In this document: piece after piece, positions 1 to 7,975 of the stretch
Layout of the letters: each line of letters starts with the position of its first letter
Position numbering within the stretch: position 1 is the first letter of the stretch
NCBI GenBank assembly: GCA_041576165.1
Contig: JBFGLM010000071.1
Coordinates: 1 to 20,967 of the forward strand
DNA length: 20,967 bases
Source of the DNA: Acidimicrobiia bacterium
GTDB lineage: Bacteria > Actinomycetota > Acidimicrobiia > Spongiisociales > Spongiisociaceae
Direction: 5' to 3'
The notes under the pieces: model-generated
What the model was told of the DNA's origin: nothing
What the model saw: the letters and a program-made list of their open reading frames with translations, nothing else
Databases searched by the model: none
Translations under genes and position numbers: made by a program

Positions 1-220
1 GAGCGTGCATTGCGAGCCCGAAGACGTCGTCATCGCCGTCCGCGACGACGGGGCGGGCTTTGATGCCTCTCGGCAATCGGACGAGGCACACCTCGGCATC
101 GCGGGAATGCGAGAAAGGGTGGAGATGATTGGTGGAACATTCGCCGTGCGCTCGGCACCAGGTCAGGGAGCAGCCGTCGTCGCCCGCATCCCATTGAGCC
201 CCGTACGATCTGATGTCTGA
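1..220 (+). CDS. Sensor histidine kinase, C-terminal HATPase_c domain (NarX/DesK type), 5'-truncated by the window edge
   Basis: Motifs VRDDGAGFD (G1), HLGIAGMRERV (G2) and GGTFAVRSAPGQG. The stop overlaps the response regulator start by 8 nt (ATGTCTGA). Confidence 0.92.
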   Translation, partial: SVHCEPEDVVIAVRDDGAGFDASRQSDEAHLGIAGMRERVEMIGGTFAVRSAPGQGAAVVARIPLSPVRSDV

Positions 221-881
221 AGAGAGCCGTATCCTCGTCGCCGACGACCACCCGCTCTTTCGAGAAGGTGTCATCCACACGCTCTCGGTCGAGGACGACA
301 TCGACGTGGTCGGCGAGGCGAGCACCGGACAGGAAGCTGTCAACCTCGTTGAAGAGCTTTCACCCGATCTGGTGCTTCTCGACATAACGATGCCCGGTGG
401 AGGCGGCATCGAGGCCACTCAGCAAATCACGGCACGTCACCCGTCGACGGCAGTCCTCATTCTGACCGTGTCCGAAAACCCCGACGACCTTCTTGCTGCT
501 CTCAAAGCGGGCGCCCAGGGCTACGTGCTCAAGGGAGTGCCAGGTCCGGGACTGTTACACGCCGTACGAAGCGTCCTGGCCGGCGAGGTATATGTCACCC
601 CGGCCCTCGCGACGGGAATCCTGCGCGAGATGGTCAAACCCCCGCCCACTGACCCGACAGACGTTCTCACCCCGAGGGAGCAAGACATCCTCGGACTCCT
701 GGCATCCGGACTCACGAACAGAGAAATCGGTGACAAACTCTACATCTCCGAAAAGACCGTCAAGCACTACATGACCGGTGTGCTGAGGAAACTCCACGTG
801 CGCTCCCGGGTCGAAGCAGCCCTACTTGCCCAACGGCGCGCCCTCGCCGACGAGAAGAGCGCTGCCGGCCCCGAGTCGTGA
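213..881 (+). CDS. NarL/LuxR-family DNA-binding response regulator
   Basis: Receiver domain (ILVADDHPLFREG, PDLVLLDITMPG, GYVLK) and LuxR HTH (LTPREQDILGLLASGLTNREIG...TVKHYMTGVLRKL). Confidence 0.96.
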   Translation: MSEESRILVADDHPLFREGVIHTLSVEDDIDVVGEASTGQEAVNLVEELSPDLVLLDITMPGGGGIEATQQITARHPSTAVLILTVSENPDDLLAALKAGAQGYVLKGVPGPGLLHAVRSVLAGEVYVTPALATGILREMVKPPPTDPTDVLTPREQDILGLLASGLTNREIGDKLYISEKTVKHYMTGVLRKLHVRSRVEAALLAQRRALADEKSAAGPES

Positions 882-1064
882 ACATCGGCACGGCTTCGCC
901 ACCGGATCATTTCGGAGGTGGCTGGTCGCGACACCGGACCGGCAGCTGTCACCGCTTTCCATCCCGCCCTCCGAACGCCAACACCGCTCCCGACGCGGTG
1001 ATCGTGTCGCTTGTGGTAACCGGCTCCCGCCGATCGCGTTTTGGCCGGTCACACTCGTCACACA

Positions 1065-1601
1065 CCTGGAAGCGCTTCCACCCCTGGAGGCGAAGGCGCC
1101 GGAGAGGTCGACGGCCGCGACTCCGTCCGCGACCACCAGCCCCAGCAACTCGGTGGACGGGGGCACTTCAGTCACCAGCGCGGGAATCGATTCTGACTCT
1201 TCGATGGTCGGCCTCTCGAGCAGTTCTCGCATGGTGGCGGTGGCCGGCATGGTGGTGGCCTCGATTCTCCGGTGGACCGGAGCCACGAAAGGACCCTGTC
1301 CCAGTGGGTCGTCACCGAAGGATCCAAGGAAGAAATCGACCGTCGTGGGCATCGGCACCGGTGGAATGATCGGAGTCAACCCGAGCGCTCGTGTCAGAAA
1401 GGTGGTCATCTGCCCACGAGTGACGGATCTGTTCGGCCGGTACGTGCCATCGCCGAACCCGATCGTGATGCCGTTCTCCGCGATGATGTGGATGTTGTCC
1501 TCATGGACGCGGGTGTCGTCGTCATCGAACCAGTCGCGAGTCGCCGGATCCAGACCCTCCAGCCCTCGCGCCAAGAACGTGGCCATCTGCCCACAAGGCA
1601 T
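1065..1601 (-). pseudogene. Fragment of an S-layer homology (SLH) plus GerMN domain protein, degraded at both ends
   Basis: SLH signature GITIGFGDGTYRPNRSVTRGQMTTFLTRAL, then GerMN-like TEVPPSTELLGLVVADGVAAVDLSGAFASRGGS. Similarity stops abruptly there. No signal peptide; the ORF starts mid-SLH (PCGQMA, resembling TRGQMA). Confidence 0.75.
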
Positions 1602-1847
1602 CCGCTACCCGGCAGTGACATCTCTCCGACCGCTCTACGACCCGCACATGAACGGCGTGCGGGGCTGAGGCGGAATGGCCCGCTCCGGGCCTGCAGACAT
1701 TCTCCCAGCCCGGGCGACAACGCTCGCCCCACGCGACAGCGCCGGAGACAGTGCAGGCTCGAAGAGCCGAACGGCCCTGGACGACGGGTGCTATCGCTGG
1801 TCGCGTGGACCGGAGCAGGCAGGTCTCCGGTCCTGGGAAGAACTCAC

Positions 1848-2072
1848 ATGAGCGAGAAGCGAAGGAGCCTTCCGGCGGGGCGGCCACCCTGGGACACCCT
1901 GAACGGGATCCGGGTGGGAGGATTCGCCGGTGCCATGCTGGGGGGCCTGCTGACGGCGCTGATCGGCGTATCAATGGCATGGTTGATCGTGGTTGGGGCC
2001 GCCCTGGGAGCGGTACTCGGCTACTGGACCGAGCTGCGTCAGCGCAACCAGGGTCGCCTCCGCCAGGACTGA
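1848..2072 (+). CDS. Small glycine-rich two-TM membrane protein (74 aa)
   Basis: ATG at 1848 after GGGAAG. MSEKRRSL...GGFAGAMLGGLLTALIG...LIVVGAALGAVLGYW shows a glycine-zipper-like hydrophobic hairpin. Confidence 0.7.
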   Translation: MSEKRRSLPAGRPPWDTLNGIRVGGFAGAMLGGLLTALIGVSMAWLIVVGAALGAVLGYWTELRQRNQGRLRQD

Positions 2073-2305
2073 GCCCCGGGACCGACGACGTTCGCTGCGC
2101 GGGCGAGCCGCTCGGCCCGAGAGCCGTCGGTTCACAAATGTCGGGAAAGTCCAATGCTGCGGGAAACGGCCCAATCAATTGTGGATCATTGGCCCTGGCC
2201 CGCCCAGGGCATCGAACTGAGAATTGTCGTGGAGCCTGCATGGAACATCGCGTCGCGGAGGCAAAACGCGCGAGGCTCAGATGCCATAAGTCGATTGGTT
2301 GCCAT

Positions 2306-3016
2306 GTGAGCGAGGGTTACCGGCAATCTAGAGCTGTCATCATGCTGACGTTGATGATGCTGTTCTCGCCCATCGCCTGCGGCGATGGCGACGAGACGAC
2401 CGCAACCGACGAGTCAGAGGCCCGCGTCCAGCTGGTGGCGCCTCGCCATGAGGGAGACACCTCAGTGGAGGAGGCTCTGCTCAACCGCCGCTCCGTGCGG
2501 GAGTACACCGGTGAGGCTCTCACACTGGCGGAGGTGTCACAACTGCTCTGGGCAGCCCAGGGCACCACCGATCCCAGGGGGTTCAGGACTGCACCATCGG
2601 CTGGTGCGCTCTACCCACTCGAGGTGTATGTCGTGGTCGGCGATGTAGCCGGCCTGGCACCAGGCGTATACCGGTACGTGCCAGACCACCACGAGATCGT
2701 GCGTATCTCCTCGGAGGAACGTCGGGCGGAACTGGCTGAAGCTGCCATCGACCAGGAGTGGGTGAAGGATGCAGCGATCGATCTGGTGTTCACGGCCATC
2801 CCGCAACGAACGACGTCGAAGTATGGGGACAGAGGCATCAGGTATGTGCATATGGAGGCCGGCCACGCGGCGCAGAATGTCTACCTGCAGGCAGAGGCAC
2901 TGGATCTGGGCTTGACTGTGATTGGGGCGTTCGACGACGACCACGTCCGAGAGGTGGTAGCCGCGTCCGCCGATGAACAGCCGCTGTACGTCATCTCCAT
3001 CGGCCGAAGGACGTAA
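2306..3016 (+). CDS. SagB/ThcOx-like nitroreductase-family FMN oxidoreductase with a putative lipoprotein signal (start GTG 2306 or ATG 2342)
   Basis: SVEEALLNRRSVREY, LSQLLWAAQG-like, RTAPSAGALYPLEVY, EAGHAAQNVYLQA and IGAFDD. N-terminal hydrophobic stretch ends in PIA-C-G followed by an acidic linker. Confidence 0.9.
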   Translation: MSEGYRQSRAVIMLTLMMLFSPIACGDGDETTATDESEARVQLVAPRHEGDTSVEEALLNRRSVREYTGEALTLAEVSQLLWAAQGTTDPRGFRTAPSAGALYPLEVYVVVGDVAGLAPGVYRYVPDHHEIVRISSEERRAELAEAAIDQEWVKDAAIDLVFTAIPQRTTSKYGDRGIRYVHMEAGHAAQNVYLQAEALDLGLTVIGAFDDDHVREVVAASADEQPLYVISIGRRT

Positions 3017-3019
3017 GCC

Positions 3020-3937
3020 GTGCGGCCCGCCAGGAAGCGGATGGGTCTCAAGAGCTTTCTGATCTCATCTTTGGTCGCCCTGACGATCATCGCCATGTAC
3101 GTTCACGGCTTCCGTGACGTCGCGCCCCAGGCCGTGATCGCAGCCGCGACCGCCTGTGGACTGGATGTTGCGTTGAGATCTCGTCTCACCGGTGTCACGG
3201 CTGTGCCGACCGGCGCACTCATCTCGGGTTTGATCGTTGCTCTGCTACTTCCCGAGGGGCAGCCGTGGTACGTCCCGCTGGGGGCTGCTTCGACTGCCAT
3301 CGCGTCCAAGCATCTGCTGAGACGGCGGGGCGGCAACATCTTCAACCCTGCTGCCGTTGGGATTGCCGTTTCCGTGCTCCTCTTTCCTGGTCACCTCGAG
3401 TTTGCGCATGCCAGCTTTCTGGAGGCTGCGCCAAGGATTCACTATGCACGGGCAGCTCTGCGCATGGAGGGCTGGTCGTTCTTGTTGCAAGGCGGGCACG
3501 GCTGGACCGGGTCGACGTCGGCGGCGGCCGTCGTGATCCTCGGGGCCGTCTTGGTGTATGGGGTGAAGCGGGTGTATCTGGTCGGCAGCTGCCTGGTCAC
3601 CTATGTTGTACTGATAGCGGGGTTTGCAACTGTTACCGGACAGGATGTGGCGATCAGGCTGCTCCTCGAGGTCTTTGCCACTGGGCTGCTCTTCTTCACG
3701 TTCTTCATGCTCACTGATCCCGCCACGTCGCCCAGAACGACCAGGGGTCAGATCGTCTACGGTGGATTCACCGGGCTGCTGTCATTCCTGTTTCGGCTGA
3801 TCGCCAGCCCCGTTCAGTATTTGATGCTCGCACTCCTCGCCGCCAACCTGGCCTTCAACCTCCAACGGACGCGCGTGCCGGCAGGGCACCGCGGCTTCTC
3901 CGGCCCGGTGCGGGTGGGTCCTGATCCGCGGCGCTGA
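3020..3937 (+). CDS. NqrB/RnfD-family integral membrane protein (orphan)
   Basis: ALISGLIVALLLP, AIASKHLL, NIFNPAAVG, GWTGSTSAAA and FFMLTDPATSPRT-RGQIVYG. Multiple TM helices. Starts 3 nt after the nitroreductase stop (alternative ATG 3041). Confidence 0.88.
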   Translation: MRPARKRMGLKSFLISSLVALTIIAMYVHGFRDVAPQAVIAAATACGLDVALRSRLTGVTAVPTGALISGLIVALLLPEGQPWYVPLGAASTAIASKHLLRRRGGNIFNPAAVGIAVSVLLFPGHLEFAHASFLEAAPRIHYARAALRMEGWSFLLQGGHGWTGSTSAAAVVILGAVLVYGVKRVYLVGSCLVTYVVLIAGFATVTGQDVAIRLLLEVFATGLLFFTFFMLTDPATSPRTTRGQIVYGGFTGLLSFLFRLIASPVQYLMLALLAANLAFNLQRTRVPAGHRGFSGPVRVGPDPRR

Positions 3938-3951
3938 CCGCGTGATCAAGT

Positions 3952-3974
3952 CCGGCCGGGCGGCGTTCGGCCGG
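3952..3974 (+). terminator. GC-rich stem-loop downstream of the RnfD-like gene (possible terminator, no U-tract)
   Basis: CCGGCCGGGC-GGC-GTTCGGCCGG forms a 10-bp stem with two G.U pairs, 15 nt after the stop. Confidence 0.4.
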
Positions 3975-4112
3975 CGATAGGTCCGAGGTGCCAGTGCGAC
4001 TTCCCTCGTGTGCGATCATCGTGCGAGGTCGGTTAGCAAGTACCGGCGTGCTCATCCACGGCACGGCCAAACGGGCCGGACTGGCTGCTCGCTATCTGCC
4101 CAAGGAGATCTC

Positions 4113-4646
4113 ATGAACAGGGAGCCGGACTTCTACCTAGGTGACCGGTCGGAAGGTGTTGTCACCGACTTCGATGGACGCGTTCGTCGGGTGTGGATCC
4201 TCGAACGGCTCCACGACGAGCGCGGCGCACGCTACCTGAGGGTCCGGGTCGAGCCGCCGCTGCCTGTTGGCGACGACGGTGAACCAGTGGCAGAGCTGTG
4301 TCTGCAAGAGCGCCATGTTGGAGTCGACGTGGAAGCCCTCGACGATGGATCTCACGCCAGTGTCAGGCTCGCTTTGACCGATCGCGCAGGCTCGGTGGCG
4401 TGGGCAGACGTTGCTGCCAAGCCCGACGCTTTGCCCCCATCGGCCGAGCAGCGTTTCAACCGGGCATATTCGGCACTGGCGTGTTTCGTCGAACGCGAGG
4501 GGCATTCGGACGTGCCGATGGACCAACGGGAACAGGGTTGGCTCATCGGTGTTTTCGCCCACAACATGCGCCACGTCCATGCTGCAGGGCACCTCGAGCC
4601 CGATCGGCGAGCGGCGCTGGAGGCCCTTCCCGGCTGGCATTGGTGA
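4113..4646 (+). CDS. Protein with an unknown N-terminal domain and one C-terminal helicase-associated (HA) domain
   Basis: AAGGAG RBS before ATG 4113. The C-terminus RFNRAYSALACFVEREGHSDVP...IGVFAHNMR...GHLEPDRRAALEALPGWHW fits the HA repeat pattern. Confidence 0.8.
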   Translation: MNREPDFYLGDRSEGVVTDFDGRVRRVWILERLHDERGARYLRVRVEPPLPVGDDGEPVAELCLQERHVGVDVEALDDGSHASVRLALTDRAGSVAWADVAAKPDALPPSAEQRFNRAYSALACFVEREGHSDVPMDQREQGWLIGVFAHNMRHVHAAGHLEPDRRAALEALPGWHW

Positions 4647-5043
4647 GGGCGCCCATCCTGGCCGGCCGGCCCGGAGACGGCGCCGGTGAGACCAGATCGC
4701 AACATCCAATCCACAGACGGTTGCGGCTAGCCGCAGTAACAGCACCCCAGGGACGAGCGGCCAAGTGTGCGGCCCCGGTTTGTGGGAACGGTCCAGTAGT
4801 ACCCGATCCACCAGCCCAGATCCCGTGACGTCGTTGGGACCTCGGACTCTTACATTGCTCAACACCCCATGCGAGCGTGTGGGAACTGGGGCGCGAGCAG
4901 CGGGGTGGGTTGTTGTTTGTTCGGTTTGACGTCTTCAGGGGCCATGGGCCGCGCAGCCCTGAAATCCGTTCGGCGTTCAGATGCCTTGCTTGGAACTCGC
5001 CGTCGAGGCGGTGGCAGGACCACGAGGCAGAGAGGGGATCATC

Positions 5044-5562
5044 ATGTATCCGGGGCGAAGAACGCTGGCATACCTGCTCGTAGCGCTCGCGCTGGTGCTC
5101 TATGGCTGCGACGCTGGCAGCGGTGGAGGGGGCGAGCTGACGATCGATGCGCCGGACTCCGTCGCCACCTTGCTGAGCAGTGGCGCAGGAGAGGACTTCA
5201 CCTACTACGCACTGAAAGCCTCGCCGCCCGGGGACTGGACCGATGCAAGTGCGGCAACGCTGTGGATCTGCAGCCAGGCGGAGCGTCCGCCAATCATCCC
5301 GCAGAAGATCGCAGCAATGATCGATGGAGGTGGATTCCCGGCGGGCACCCTGCTGAACCTCAACTGGGAAGCGCAGGAGGGCATCTACGCGAGTTCGGAG
5401 CTCGGTTTCAGCGCGATGCAGGTCACAGTCGGAGTCACGTATGCGGGCTGCACGAGCGATGCCGTCGAAGCGGCCGGGCAAGGTTCAGGGGCGCTGTTGC
5501 TGACCGACAGTGCGGGCGAGTTCGACGACAAGGCCCGCATGGTGGCGGTCGTGTTCAAATAG
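5044..5562 (+). CDS. Hypothetical lipoprotein (172 aa)
   Basis: GAGGGG upstream. MYPGRR, a hydrophobic core, lipobox LYG-C, then a Gly-rich linker. GC-rich third codon positions. Confidence 0.75.
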   Translation: MYPGRRTLAYLLVALALVLYGCDAGSGGGGELTIDAPDSVATLLSSGAGEDFTYYALKASPPGDWTDASAATLWICSQAERPPIIPQKIAAMIDGGGFPAGTLLNLNWEAQEGIYASSELGFSAMQVTVGVTYAGCTSDAVEAAGQGSGALLLTDSAGEFDDKARMVAVVFK

Positions 5563-5720
5563 CGCGACGACTGACTCCAGGGGATACACGAGACCAGAGC
5601 GGACTCGACGAAGAGGCCCGGGGTCGCGGCTGCGTGATGCTGCTGCAGCGCTCCGGCAACGCAGCGGGTCCCCGATATCGTGGCGTTCTGCCTCCTTCAC
5701 CTGAGCCTGTATCCTCGCAC

Positions 5721-5883
5721 CGCCTTGGCGTCGAAACGTGGCGGGCACGTGACCTCGAGGGAGCGACTCCACTGCTCGAGGATGCGGTAGCACCTGGTTT
5801 TGCAGCAAAGGACGCCTGGGGGTGCGCCGCGGCTCGTGCCGTCGCTCAGATCGCCATGGAGCAAAGGCGACCTCGGTAGGGCA
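5721..5883 (+). pseudogene. TPR-like repeat remnant
   Basis: LGVETWRARDLEGATPLLEDAV...KDAWGCA...AQIAMEQ. Removing one A at 5863-5865 continues as GDLGRA, a TPR helix-A/B turn. No start context. Confidence 0.45.
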
Positions 5884-6140
5884 GATTGACCCGGCACACC
5901 GCGCTGTCCCAGTAGGGCCTTGCGCGTTGCTACGTGCGTCTGTCGGTGCCGTTGGGGTTGCCCTCAACCTGGCGTGCTCTGTCTTCCTACTCGGTCTCCA
6001 CTAGTCATGAGATCAGAAACCGGGGACACCCCACCGGGCCAAAACGACCGTCTGACCGATAGGCGTGTTCGTATTCACCTCCAGAGGGGTGCGCGCGGCC
6101 GCGACGGCTCACAGCCGTCATCGCAGCGACTAGGTCGGGT

Positions 6141-7529
6141 TCATGGGATCGTGAACTCCTGGGTCACCGGGTTGAGGTGGTCCAACCTCAGTGCACCGGC
6201 AGTGGCCCTGTCGCTGAGCCGGAAGACGTTCAGGCCCTCACCGATATTGGTCTCGTAGATGAAATTGTTGTACCAGTAAGAGCTCCACGCCCCGACGATG
6301 TCGAGTCCGAAGAAGTCGAACGGTGGTGGCGGAACCGGCGCCGGCGGCGGGTCGCTCCAGGCGACGGTCACCGGTTTCTTGGGATCGGTGAAGTCGATTA
6401 CCCACGTTCCTGCCTGGTAGTTGCCGCTGACGATCACATCCCGGCCGCTGGGAAGCGGCACAATGTTGAAGTTGTGGATCGAGCAGTTCTCCTGTGCGGA
6501 CTGAGGGCGGGCCAGCACCCAGGTGCCCAGCAGGTTGCCGGTCGTCGCCTCGAAGAAGAAGAACGACTTCTCGGCGTCGGTGTTGCTCTCCTGGCAGCGG
6601 GGTCCGACACCACCACCGGGCTCGTGTTCGAACACGAGAACTTCACCGTCCCACGAGAACGACGCAGCATGGCCGATAGTGACTTCTGGCACGCTCCTCG
6701 AGTAGAGAAACTCTGGGTCCTCGAGCGAAGTGGCGAGGCTCCAAACGGTGAAGCCGTCGTCTCCGGCGCACGCAGCGAGATCGGCGTCCCCGAGGATCAC
6801 ACCGGTGTCGTGGCAGTCACGGCCGAAACCGACTGCGGGATCGTCCGCCGCCTCCCACCGAACGAAGCTAGCGCCCGCCGGATTATCCAACGGGACCTCA
6901 ACGATATCGATGCCAGAACAACCGGCCCCTGAGTTATAGATGAGCAAGCGGTTGTTGGCGAGATCGGGGACCCCGGTTGCCGTGTGCGAGCCGCACCGCG
7001 CCGGCATCGTGGCCGTGGCCGGCAATGCAGCCGCGCTCAGGTCGACCGATGCGATCAACTCGGGATCTTTGAGGTCGCTGACGTCGAATATATGCAATCC
7101 CTCAAAGCCCGCCGGAACCGCCTGCCCGTCGCATGTGAGGCCTGCTCCGAAGAGTCCAGGTGTCCCGGCGGGCGTGTTCCAGGACCGCACCAGGATCTCG
7201 TCCCACACGACGACGTCTCCCTGATTTCCCTCACAACTGGTGAACGAGATGTGCTTCGGGTTCCCCGGCGCCGAGATGTCGCGGACGTTGAACCCGAGCC
7301 ACGTGCCCTGGAAGGCATGCTTCCCCCAGAACGCGAGGTCGGTGTGGATGTTGACGTTGTCGACGTCTGTGTTGAGAAGGCTCGCCGGTTCCACGATATG
7401 ACCCACGGGATGTAGGTTCCTCGTGCGCGGGTCGTCGTCGTGACCGGCCTGCACCGGGCTGATTGTGGTCGCCACCAACAGCGTAGACGCAGCGGCGACG
7501 AGAATTAAACGCGATCGATGCTTGCGCAT
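6141..7529 (-). CDS. Secreted LVIVD-repeat (beta-propeller) protein
   Basis: GGAGG RBS before ATG 7529. Signal peptide MRKHRSRLILVAAASTLLVATTISPVQA. Repeats GFNVRDISAP, GLHIFDVSDLKDP, GIDIVEVP and GTWVIDFTDPKKP; also CSIHNFN, GAWSSYWYN and HLNP. Confidence 0.88.
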   Translation of the reverse strand: MRKHRSRLILVAAASTLLVATTISPVQAGHDDDPRTRNLHPVGHIVEPASLLNTDVDNVNIHTDLAFWGKHAFQGTWLGFNVRDISAPGNPKHISFTSCEGNQGDVVVWDEILVRSWNTPAGTPGLFGAGLTCDGQAVPAGFEGLHIFDVSDLKDPELIASVDLSAAALPATATMPARCGSHTATGVPDLANNRLLIYNSGAGCSGIDIVEVPLDNPAGASFVRWEAADDPAVGFGRDCHDTGVILGDADLAACAGDDGFTVWSLATSLEDPEFLYSRSVPEVTIGHAASFSWDGEVLVFEHEPGGGVGPRCQESNTDAEKSFFFFEATTGNLLGTWVLARPQSAQENCSIHNFNIVPLPSGRDVIVSGNYQAGTWVIDFTDPKKPVTVAWSDPPPAPVPPPPFDFFGLDIVGAWSSYWYNNFIYETNIGEGLNVFRLSDRATAGALRLDHLNPVTQEFTIP

Positions 7530-7975
7530 TAGCCCCTCCAATTCCTGCCCTTCGATAGACACCCTACGCCACGGTGACGACGCTGTGTTAGACGCGGTGT
7601 CGATTGGCATGGCTGGAGCTCCGTCGAGCCTGGAGATTGAGGTCTCGGGATCGCTCCACGAGGGCAGAGCCTCCAGTCCTGGCATAGTCCACCCGGCGCG
7701 CCGCAGGCCTGTGTACCTTGGAACCGTCGACCGGATCACCGTTGAGCTATTCCCTCCCGATGGTGCTTTGGAAACCGTGCGGCTGAAGCTTCACCCGAAC
7801 CGTCAACTCGCTGGGAACCCACGGACTGGTGGCAGGCCGCAAACGGAAGCGTCGGCATCGACCAGGTAATCTATCGCTGCTCCGGTCGGAGCGAACTCTC
7901 GATGCTCCTCAATGCGCATGAGTGGGCAGCAGTCCGGCTGTTTCTGCGCTTGCGCTGCGTGGAGGGGTTTGGTGG

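Noticed and set aside
2073-2305. Possible FMN or cobalamin riboswitch upstream of the flavoprotein genes
   Set aside because: Only short GGGAA and ACCGACG matches; I could not find the conserved cores. An Rfam scan would settle it.
1751-2305. Long N-terminal extensions in the ORF track (also 4008, 7739, 15475, 20932)
   Set aside because: Low-complexity, non-homologous sequence; downstream starts have RBS and/or signal peptides.
2306-3016. SagB as evidence of a thiazole/oxazole RiPP cluster
   Set aside because: No YcaO, E1-like protein or Cys/Ser-rich precursor in the window; stand-alone SagB-like enzymes are common.
4926-4955. TTGACG as a sigma70 -35 box upstream of the lipoprotein
   Set aside because: No credible -10 element at 16-18 nt spacing.
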